From: the human T2T-CHM13v2.0 reference genome, Homo sapiens
Assembly (NCBI RefSeq): GCF_009914755.1
Contig: NC_060925.1
DNA: 64,000 bases
Reading direction: 5' to 3' (one strand)
Under the pieces are notes generated by a model. That model made no database searches, was not told the DNA's origin, and saw nothing but the letters and a program-made list of their open reading frames with translations. The translations under genes and the position numbers were made by a program. How positions within the stretch are numbered: the first letter of the stretch is position 1; every line of letters starts with the position of its first letter. Below, piece after piece: positions 53,828 through 64,000 of the stretch.

Positions 53828-54160
53828 GTTTATAAAAAGCCCAAGAGATACACATCAAGTGCCATGTATTGACTACATGGATGAAATTGCATCTGAATTA
53901 GAGTCAAACCCAACCTGTTCTCTCTCCTCCTCTGGGATACAAGGTTAGCCAAAGAGATTTTCTATGGGCCTTGCACCGCATGTCAATATTGCCTACAGGG
54001 GCCAGGGAAATGGACCAGGGCCCAGAAGGCCATTCTTACTGAAAGAGACCGGATCCTCAAACCCCTGAGAACACGTGTGGTCAAACACACTAGACCTTCT
54101 TCCTCTAGTCTGTGCTGCCCTTTTTCTCTTTGTTTCCATGTGAGGCATCCATGCCAGTGA
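53828..54160 (+). pseudogene. FMO10P: FMO exon 9 (1-nt deletion near 53901)
   Basis: ttccag|FIKSPRDTHQVPCIDYMDEIASEL, then shifted VKPNLFSLLLWD..FYGPCT..GPGKW..AILTERDRILKPLRTR...TGA 54158-54160. Confidence 0.9.
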
Positions 54161-54479
54161 TATGTTATCAAGCTCACATTGACATAGATGTTTAAGGAAC
54201 TAGAGAAGAACAGCTCATTTTTATTTGAATTATATCAAAATGAAGACAGTTAATTATATGGGAGAAGACATTTATTGGATAGACTAGCTCATATATGAAT
54301 ACTTAAATGAAAAAAAATTACTCTGATAATGATTTTTCTAAATGCTTTATATGAAGAGAGGTTTGAAAATGTGTATCTTATCTCTTCTTTATTTTAGTAG
54401 TAATTTGAAGTATTTACAGATTTACATATAATATAACAATGAACAGTAATTAAAAGTGGTATTCAATTTTTAAAAGGGT

Positions 54480-55235
54480 AGAGGCAAAATTAAACCAGAG
54501 TAAAGCTCAAAAGTACACTGTATGGTCTCAAATTATCACCCCACAGATAACATATTTATTGCAAAAGGAAGATGTGTCTTTTCAATGGGAAAATCTGACA
54601 GTTATCATCTTAACTAAGTGATCAAACAGCACTGTTAATAGAAGGCCAACCTGAAATTTTGCAACTCCTAACATGACGCAATGAGAAGTCCAACATTACC
54701 TATCTAGTATCATTGCAAAAAATGTTTAACTTGAATTTAATCATCAGGAACAATCAGAAAAATGAAGAAAGTGCAACATTCTGAAGACATCTGTAAAAAA
54801 CTAAACTAAAAAAGACCAGGAAATTTTTCTATATAATGGTGACTAAAGAGACATAATGACCAGATGCAATATTTGAACATGGATTCAGAGTTTGGTACAA
54901 ATGGGAAAATTTAAATGCACACCGTAAATTAGATTATCTTTTTAAATTAATGTTAATATTGTCTGATATAATAAAGGTATTATAGTTATATAGTAAAACA
55001 TTCTTATTTTTGGGAGATGTATGCAGAAATAGAATGAGTAAAGAATCATGATATCTATAATTTATTTGCAAAAGGTACAAGAAAAAGGATGTATGTGTGT
55101 GTAAGAGAGAGATAAAATAAAAGATACAAAATATTAGCAACTGGCAATTCTAGGAAAAAAGTATACAAGTGTTAATTATACTATTTCTTCAACTCTTGCA
55201 AATTGGGAATTTTCAAAATTCCCAATTTTAGGGAA
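54480..55235 (+). mobile_element. L1MC-like 3' end
   Basis: cttaactaagtgatcaaac, aaaatgtttaacttgaatttaatcat, gactaaagagacata..gatgcaat. Confidence 0.6.
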
Positions 55236-55956
55236 AAACACATTCTCTATAATGATTTATATGTGGGCCACAGATAAGCCATAAATTTGAGTTTAACTTT
55301 TTATTAACCAAACCAAAAAGGAAAGCTTAAATAAGCAAATGGTAAGACTTATGAAATAAAAACAATTCAATTGCTAAAGAGAATAGTAACTATCCTAGGT
55401 ATTAAAATAGGGAAGAACTTTCTATGGGGGCTTCTTATAATAGAGGACACTATGTTGTAACAATCTTTGCTAAATATTATTTCTATCAAAAGAAATTTTT
55501 ATAAATGTTTAAAGCATAGTCCCAGAAAGTGTCTAGAGTAGAGCAATTTTTAAGACAGTAATTTTGATCACAGGGTCTTATTCTTTAACGTGTAGTAGAA
55601 TGGGGCTCAAACTCTTCGTGTAATTGAAAGACTGGGTGGTGCAGCTGTCCCTAAAGAAGCTCAGTCCACCCGCCTAAGACTTGAGTTCAAGGAGTGCTTG
55701 CTTCGGGGGTCAAGATTATTTCTGGTAAATTATTTTGAATCTGCTCCTCATAGGCAAAGGACTGATTGAGGCCCCTAAATTCTACTCTTTATATTACGGC
55801 CAAATGAATTTTAATGTGCAAAAATATATTGAACAAACTTTCGAAAGAATATTCATTTGAACATTCTGTTGAACCCTTTACAGTAAACTTTGAAATATAT
55901 GCCAATAAAAATGAGTTAACTTATTGTAAGGGATTGCAATTTATAAAACAGTTAAC

Positions 55957-56266
55957 AGCTGAGCACAATAGCTTAAGCCTGTAATCCAAGTGCTTTGGGA
56001 GGCAAAGGAAGGAGGTTCTATTGAGGCCAGGAGTTCAAGATTAGCCTGGGCAATATAGAAAAACTTCATCTCTACAAAAAATAAATAAAAAATTAATCGT
56101 GCCTGGTGGTGTGCACCTGTAGTTCTAGCTAATCAGGAGGCTGAGGTAGAAGGATTGCTTCAGCCCAGGATTCTGAGGCTGCAGTGATATATGATCATAT
56201 CACTGCACTCCAGCCTGGATAACAAAGTGTGACTATGTTTCTAAAAACTAAAAGAGAAAAAAAAAA
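55957..56266 (+). mobile_element. AluJ-like element
   Basis: Diverged dimer with ggaaggaggttc, aggattgcttcagcccagg. Confidence 0.85.
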
Positions 56267-56414
56267 TAACTAAAAACTGTTAAAAGTTGAGAAATATCTA
56301 TCAAAAATAATAAATTTAGATTAGAATTAGCTAACCTTTACCATTTTTTTTTAGCAACAACTAACTAGCAGGGTCACCTGTCTATTTAGACCCTTCTAAG
56401 ATCAAAATTTGTTC

Positions 56415-58886
56415 TCAACTTTTATTTTAGAATCTAGAAGTACATGTGCAGATTTGTTATAAAGGTATAGTGTGTGATGCTGAGGTGTGGAGTACAAATG
56501 ATTCTGTCATCCATGTAATAGGCATAGTACCCAGTAGGTAGTTTTTCAACACTTGATCCCCTACTCCCCACCTCTTGTATTCCCCAGTATCTATTGTTTC
56601 CATCTTTATGTTCATGTGTACCCAGTGTTTAGCTCCTATTTATAAGTGAGGACATGTGGTATTTTGTTTTCTATTCCTGTGTTAGTTTACTTAGGGTAAT
56701 GGCTTCCAGCTACATCCATGTTGCTGCAAAGAGCATGATTTTGTTCTTTTTTATGGCTGCATAGTATTCCATGGTATATATGTATCCTATTTTCTTTATC
56801 CAACTCACCATTGATAGGCATGGGTTGACTCCATATCTTTGCTATTGTGAATAGTACTGCAATGAACATACAAGTGCATGTGTCTTTTTGGTAGAACAAT
56901 TTATTTTCCTCTGGGTATGTATCCAGTAATGGAATTGCTGCATCAAATGGTAGTTCAACTCTTAGCTCCTTGAGAAAACTATAAACTGCTCTCCACAGTG
57001 GTTGAACTAATTTACATTCCTGTCAACAGTGTATAAGCGTTCCATTTATTCTGCAGCCTCTCCAACATCTGTTATTTTTTTACTTTTCAACAAAAGCCAC
57101 TCTGACTGGCGTAAGATGGTATCTCATTGTGGTTTTGATGTGCATTTCACTAATGATTAGCAATGATGAGCATTTTTTCATACATTTGTTGGCTGCATGT
57201 ATGTCTTTTTTTAACTTTTAAGTTCAGGGGTACATATGCAGGTTTGTTACATAGGTAAACTTGCATCATGGGAGTTTGTTTTACAGATTATTTCATCACC
57301 CAGGTATCAAGCCTCATACTCATTGGTTATTTCTCCTGATCCTCTCCCTCCTCCCACCCTCCACCCTTTTATCAGCCCAAGTGTGTGTTGTTCCCCTCTA
57401 TATGTCCATGTGTTGTCATCATTTAGCTCCCACTTATAAGTGAGAACATGAAGGATTTGGTTTTCTGTTCTTGTGTTAGTTTGCTAAGGATAATGAACTC
57501 CAGCTCCAACCACGTCCTTGCAAAGGACATGATCTCATTCTTTTTAATGGCTGCATAGTATTTCATGTTGTATATATACCACATTTTCTTTATCCAGTCT
57601 ATCATTGATGGCATTTCCATTGATTCTATGTCTTTGCTATTGTGAACAGTGCTGCAATGAACATACACGTGCATGTGTCTTTAAAACAGAATGATTCACA
57701 TTCCTTTGGGTGTATGCTCAGTAATGGGATTGCTGGATCAAATGGTATTTCTTTCTTAAGGTCTTTGAGGAATCACCACACTTCTTCCACAATGGTTGAA
57801 CTAATTTACACTCCCACCAACAGTGTATAAGCCTTCCTTTTTCTACACAACTTTGCCAGCATGTTATTTTTTGATAACATGTGATATGGTGTCTCATTGT
57901 GGTTTTGATTTGCATTTCACTAATTATCAGTGATGTTGAAGTTTTTTTCATATGATTGTTGGCCACGTGTATGTCTTCTTTTGAAAAGTGTCTGTTCATG
58001 TTCTTTGCCCATTTTTTATGAGGTTGTTGGATTTTTCCCTTGTAAATCTGAGGGCATTATATAATGGTAAAGGGTTCAATTCAACAAGAAAATCTAACTA
58101 TTCTAAATATATGTGATATATGCACAACTTTCCACCCAAAAACAGCAGAATATACATTCTTCTTATTACCACATGGCACATAATCTAAAATCAATTGCAT
58201 AATCAATAATAAAACACTTCTCAGCAAATGTCTTATTTTGAGAAGTGTCTGCTCATGTCCTTTGCCTGCATTTTAATGGGGTTGTTTTTTGCTTGTTGAT
58301 TTGTTTAAGTTCCTTATAGATTCTGGACTTTTGTCAGATGCATAGTTTTTGAAAATTTTCTCTCATTCTGTAGGTTGTCTGTTTACTTACTGATAGTTTT
58401 GCTGTGTAGAAGTTCTTTAGTTTCAGTAGATCCCACTTGTCAATTTTTTGTTTTTGTTCCAATTGTTTTTGAGGACTTAGCCACAAATTTTTTGCCAAGG
58501 CCAACATTGAGAAAGGTATTTCCTGGGTTTTCTTCTAGGACTCTTAGTTTGAGGTCTTACATTTAAGTCTTTAATCCATCTTGAGTTAATTTTTGTACAT
58601 AATGATAGGTAGGGGTCCAGTTTAAATCTTCTCCATATGGCTAGCCAGCTATCCCAGCACCATTTGTTAAATAGGAAGTTCTTTCCCCATTAATTATTTT
58701 TTGTACCTTTGTCGAAGATCAGATGGCTGTAGGTGTGTGGCTTTATTTCTGGGTTCTCTATGCTGTTCCATTGGTCTATGTGTCTGTTTTTGTACCCATA
58801 CCATGCTCTTTTGGTTACTATAGCCTTGTAGTATAGTTTGAAGTCAGGTAATGTAATCTTTCTGGCTTTGTTCTTTTTGCTTAGGT
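56415..58886 (-). mobile_element. L1PA15/16-like element interrupted by a younger 5'-inverted L1
   Basis: Outer element breaks at atgtctt (57201) and resumes at atgtctt..ttgagaagtgtctg (58228). Confidence 0.85.
57208..58227 (-). mobile_element. Nested L1PA11-13-like insertion with inverted EN segment at 58051-58230
   Basis: Second L1 3' end at 57208; strand switch at 58050/58051 to + strand EN sequence; TSD atgtctt. Confidence 0.8.
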
Positions 58887-61509
58887 AATATGTCTTTAAA
58901 ACCATATTATCTTTTTAAAATAAATAGGCAATATGTTTTAAAACATTTTAAAACAAAATTTTTTAAGCATTTTAAAGATATAAGTTTAAGGAGGAAGAAG
59001 AGATATAGAGGAAGAGGGAGAGTGAAATCTTCCAGTTATTCTGGGTTAAAACTCCGTAATTACATTTTTGAAAAATCTATAGCTTTGCTGTGGTGCTATC
59101 ACTTTGATCTTTGACTTCTGTGTCCAAAGGGCCGGTGGTTTGAAATTGGACAAGGCCCATTTTTTCTTCTAAGGTAGAACCAACTTTTAAAAAGCAGCTC
59201 CAAATAATTAGAACTATTTAATAGTAAACTGAATAGTTTCACAGTGGCAGCCATAGATGGAGATAGAACAACGTCAAGAGAAAGCATGCATGATGCTGAT
59301 TTACTGCACTATGAGGAAGCCTTCACTAGAGGCGTGCCTCCACCTTTGCATCCTATTTGGGAGTGTTGATTCTGACATTCAGTGGGGTCTCTCCTCTCTT
59401 CATCAAGCAGAATAAAGGTTCTTCATGCATCTGATGTCTCTGTCTTTCATTCCCTGACTATTGGTTCCCACATGTGTGACAGCAATTTTGGGTAAATGCA
59501 TCTGCTCTGCAAACCTAAAGTCTCCCTTGATGGGTCTCCTTAGGTTCAAGACTTAGGAAGAACTATTAGAAAGCCCAACTGCAGCTGCATGTCAACGCCA
59601 CAATCTATCTTCAACTTTATCAGAAATAAAGTTGGTGTTTTCATTACCATATGCCTGACTCCTGTGTCTTCATTCTGACTTGTTTCTGAACTCAGAAGGG
59701 ATTTAAGGGCTGTGAGCAATTATTACCCCAAATGCCAAAACAGAGCACTGTTATGAGAAATTTTGGAGATGGAAGAACAAGGATGGAAAGAGAGGCTACC
59801 AACACGTGTGAAATCAGGACTATTGTGGTACCAAAGGACGTAGAAAAAAAGAAAATCTATGGGGGAGAAAAGTGAAGTACCAAATGAAGAGCTATAAGAA
59901 CACCAAGTGAGATCCTACAACCTCACCCTCACTTCCGCTCTGATCCACAGCACCTTAGTATTCTCTCATGAAGAATGGAAAGAATTGGAGACTCCTCACT
60001 ACTAGATAAGAACTTGGAGGATCTTGATGCAGGAGCATTAAATCCTAATTTTATTTCCATAGGAGTTCTACCAGCATCCTCTTTTTGAGGATAGGGGATA
60101 AAGTTTACAAGACAGAAGTTTACATAATATCTCAGCTACCCTTAAGGATTTCTAGGTGAGAAAAAGAGAGATTCTGTTCATTATTCCTAAACACTTTATA
60201 AATTAAGGTATATGAAACTATGTTTTTCCTATTTGCTAGAATGTTTTCACTAGAAATCTGTGACTATGACAATATTTCAAGATCTGTATTACTAAATTTC
60301 AACCTCAGTGGGAGATTGGCATCCACAATCCCAAAATAATGGAAGGTGTGAAGATGTTAACAGAATTTAATTATCAATTTTTCTTAAAGCAAGACAAAGC
60401 TATCTACACAAAGCCAGGTCATAGTACAGATATCTCAAGAGTCAGGACTCTAAACTGTAAGCCCACTGAGGAACAGACTGTCAGCTTTATCTTAAGCTTC
60501 TCTCCTAAGTAAAGCTGTGGACTGGAGCTCTTGCTTGTCTCCTTGTTCCATTACCTAAGTACATTCATTTTCACACTTCTATTCCAACTGTGGACTCTTT
60601 TACTTTTTCCCTGACCTCTCCAGTAAAAGTCCCCTCCTTTTCCTTTTCATTCACATCCATTAATTATAGCCTAGGCAAAAATTTCAAAGAGTTTTAGATT
60701 GACTACTTATCCAACCAACCAACACATACACACTGTTTGCTAAGTTATAATTTAGGAAATAGGTCAGAAATCAATTCAGAATAACAGAACACTTTTTTAT
60801 GACTTTGATGTGGTTAACCTCATAAAAGAAAATTCAGCAGAGACTTAGCAGCCTAAGCCTAAGGCATTTCTGTCTTAAGTATGTATTAGTATATATTACA
60901 TTTATATTAGCTTCCTAAGTATATGTGTTTATTAGCAAGTATTTTTCAGAAATTACCCTTTTATTAAAAGTTCACGTCATTCTAAATACTTTTTTCTGAA
61001 CTTTCTTCAGAAAAGAAAATTAAAACTGTTGAAAATTCTAAAAATTCAAATGATAACAGCTGCCCCAGGACTTGCTTCTTTAATAGTATTAATGATTCTC
61101 ATCATTTTAGAGATAATTAACTACCAAAATTTATGCTTATGGGCTTGAGGTGATTTGAGTCTATAACAGTATTACTATAACTTTGTTACAGGGTGAAATA
61201 TCAGAAAAATAATATGGTATAATGGAGCAAATAACAATTTGAGGAAATTTTTCACTGAATTAGCTGATTATTTCACCATTCTGCACTTTCAGTTGGCATG
61301 TTCTTTAGTGTATGTATTGGTTGGTTGTATAAGTACTCAATGATGACAACTACTTAAGAAGTAGCAGAATCTAAGTTTCTCTAAAATACTTGATCTACCT
61401 AGATCTTAAGAGACTCTTGGAAATTTATTCTAGGGTTTGGGGTGGTCCTCTATTTTCATATTTGTGTAAACTTGACATACTACCTGGATACTCCCTGTTG
61501 TTTATTTAT

Positions 61510-61770
61510 ACAAGAGGCAGAACAGTTTTGTTTCTGAGATCTTGTGTTCTACAGCCAGGCAGCTTGAGTTCCAATCCTGGCTCTCCCACTTGCCAGCTCT
61601 GTGATCATAGGCGAGTTATTTGCTCTCGTTATGTTTGGTTCCCTCGTCTATAAAATGTGAGTGATAATATAGTGCCTACCTCACTTTAAATAAGTTAAGG
61701 ATGTTTAAAATAGTACCTGCCACAGCATGAGCACTCAAACAGGTGGCTATGTTAGTAAATGTTAGCTGTT
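61510..61770 (+). mobile_element. MIR
   Basis: gagttccaatcctggctctcccacttgccagctctgtga..ctataaaatg..gatgaataatagt-like core. Confidence 0.75.
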
Positions 61771-62567
61771 AACATGGCATGTCAAGCTGTTAAGTGTCAA
61801 TCACATTTATGTGGCCCATTTGTGATCCTGATTCCATATTCTCTAGTGTAAAGAAAATTTATAAGAAACCAAGATAGATAACTTTGCAGTTGGCAAGCTC
61901 ATTTGTGTTTCCAACTGATATTATGTCACAGTACCTTGAGAATGTCTACATTATTTCTTCTTCCAACGTGGTATTATACCATACATACTCTTGTGACTTG
62001 CTTATAAATTATTTAAGCAAACCAATATTGGACATTTCTGTTGTTCTGAAAAATCCCCTATTATTTCCCTGACATTGGACCATGTCTTTCTTTATTCAAT
62101 TGTGTCAAAATCTCTTCTAAGAACAGAAGATGAAGGGCAGATTGATTTACTCAGCTTTTAATTAATTTCCTAGATTCTAGTTATCATTCATGTATTTCAG
62201 CTCTATTTTGTCACATTTTTCCTACTTATAATACCTGATCCTTTGATAAACTGAATCTGTAAAGCACATAAAAAAACTAAACTGTCAATACTTCTTCCTA
62301 GTTTTGCTGAACCTGCAGAGCTTTATTTGTGGATACAACACCTTTCAGAATGCCATCCTCATTCCCAAACACTCCCTTCATTCAACACCCCACCGTCACT
62401 AGACTGAGTCCACCATTTTCTGAGAACTGTTGTTTATGAATCAGTGTAGAAAAAAGGAGAATGCTGCCCCAAAAAGCATCACAAAGTTATGGCTGGTAGA
62501 GCTTCATGGTCTCCAAGCCAGGAAAGCGAATGGGAAAAAGGGTTTCATAAGAGCCAGCCAAATGCCA

Positions 62568-62868
62568 ATTTTTTTTCTTTTTATTTTTTCTTTTTTTTTT
62601 TTTAATGAGACAGAGTCTCGCTCTGTTGCCCAGGCAGGCTGGAGTGCAGTGGTGCAATCTCAGCTCACCACAACCCCCACTTCCTAGGTTCAAGCGATTC
62701 TCATGCCTCAGCTTTCCAAGCAGCTGGGATTACAGGCATGTGCCACCACACCCAGCTAATTTTTTGTATTTTCAGTAGAGATGAGGTTTCACCATGTTGG
62801 CCAGGCTGGTCCCAGTACTTTGGGAAGCCAAGGCAGGCAGATCACTTGAAGTCAGGAGTTCAAGACCA
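62568..62868 (-). mobile_element. AluS with inverted 5' segment (62810-62868)
   Basis: Minus-strand Alu switches to plus-strand left-arm sequence; TSD ccaaatgcca at 62558-62567 and 62866-62875. Confidence 0.9.
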
Positions 62869-63159
62869 AATGCCATCTTTAAAATAAAAACCTGCCATGC
62901 TATTTGATTAGCCATTAGTATCCCTTCTTCCTTAATATTTTTTATTTTAAATTCCTTTTTGATGTCTTTATTCATCCAAAAAGGGTAATATTTAATATTT
63001 AAATGTTATAGCAAAAATATGTACAGTATATGATATATCCTCAATCACTTTCAGCTGCCCTATTCGGACCTTCTAGGATAGTTTTAATAGCATCATACTT
63101 AACTCTTCGTTCAAATTCAGTCCCCAAAAATGTAAGCAGTGGGAGGGGTCTAGACACAT

Positions 63160-63400
63160 ACTGTTGCTGAAAGCCTCAGGCTCCAAAGCCAGACTGACAT
63201 GGGTTCAAATCCCAGTCCTACCTCTTACTGCTAAGTAACAAGGGGCAAATTGCCTCGCCCAAATGAGTCTCTGTGTCTCGTCTGTGACATGTGGATAACA
63301 GTACCTACCCCACAGAGGAGCTGCAAAGAGTAAATGAATAAAGCATGAGTGGTATGTCTCAGCACTGTGCCTTATAAGTGTTAGATATCACGATTACTAT
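63160..63400 (+). mobile_element. MIR
   Basis: gggttcaaatcccagtcctacctcttact..ggcaaatt..gataacagtacctacc. Confidence 0.75.
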
Positions 63401-63451
63401 CATTCTCTGTTGCATCCTTACTCTCCTGAGGAAGTCAAAGTGCAAGTTAGA

Positions 63452-63619
63452 GCCAGGTGCTGTGGCTCTTTCCTGTAGTCCCAGCGATGCGGGAGGCTGA
63501 GGTGGCAGATCTCTGGAGCCCAAGAGATTGAGGCTTCAGTGAGTCATGATTGCTTCACTGCACTCCAGCCTGGGTAAGAAAGAAAGACCCTGTCTCAAAA
63601 AAAAAAAAAAAAAAAAAAT
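63452..63619 (+). mobile_element. Alu right monomer (FRAM/AluJ-like)
   Basis: Monomer plus poly-A; TSD agtgcaagttaga. Confidence 0.85.
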
Positions 63620-64000
63620 AGTGCAAGTTAGATCTCAATCTTTGAAAAATGGCAGGCACAGAGCTATTGAGCCAGCCCAGGAACAGAAGCCCCACTGCAG
63701 TCATGTGATGTGCCTGAATGTTTATTCAACCCAAGACCAGGAAATCTCCAAAGCAAATACTTCTGAACTTCCTAAACTCTACATTTTCAATTCTTAGGGA
63801 AATTAGTGTATATATACATTAGTGTATACAATATTCTGAATTAAAGTGCCTCTCAATATTTATAGCTCTTCAGCACACTGAATATGCCCACCAAAAAAAT
63901 GTTAATTTTGATGATAAATTATTTCATAAAAGTGAAACAAAATTTGTCAAACTGACCCTAGAAATAAAAGTTGTATTAGAAATGAGGATGTGGCTCAAAG

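Noticed and set aside
59050-60130. LTR-like stretch (aataaa followed by a ...tgtgaca end near 59480)
   Set aside because: Could not assign a family or boundaries with confidence.

Overview
Primate (most likely human) genomic DNA, about half interspersed repeat, with no prokaryotic-type features and no intact complete gene. It carries two flavin-containing monooxygenase (FMO) loci on the + strand. The first is the last three coding exons of one FMO (359-711, 857-929, 2998-3373), which are still open and spliceable. The second, 34 kb downstream, is a complete 8-coding-exon FMO pseudogene (37747-54160) with three nonsense codons, two frameshifts and a GT>AT donor mutation. Order, spacing and sequence fit FMO9P followed by FMO10P in the human 1q24 FMO pseudogene cluster; the names come from recall, not a database search. 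The rest is L1, L2, MIR, Alu, MaLR, an ERV-L provirus relic, a HERV-E LTR2 solo LTR and DNA-transposon fossils. I found no convincing new biological system. The most unusual signals are retrotransposition and repair fossils: a tailed, TSD-flanked retrocopy of the 28S rRNA GTPase-associated domain; two different L1 subfamilies in tandem with the same 5' breakpoint; neighbouring L1s sharing non-consensus variants; a 5'-inverted Alu; two 5'-inverted L1s missing >2 kb; fold-back templated AT-rich scars; and a candidate ancient Gypsy-like integrase relic. Repeat subfamily names and consensus comparisons are from memory, and repeat boundaries without a TSD are approximate.
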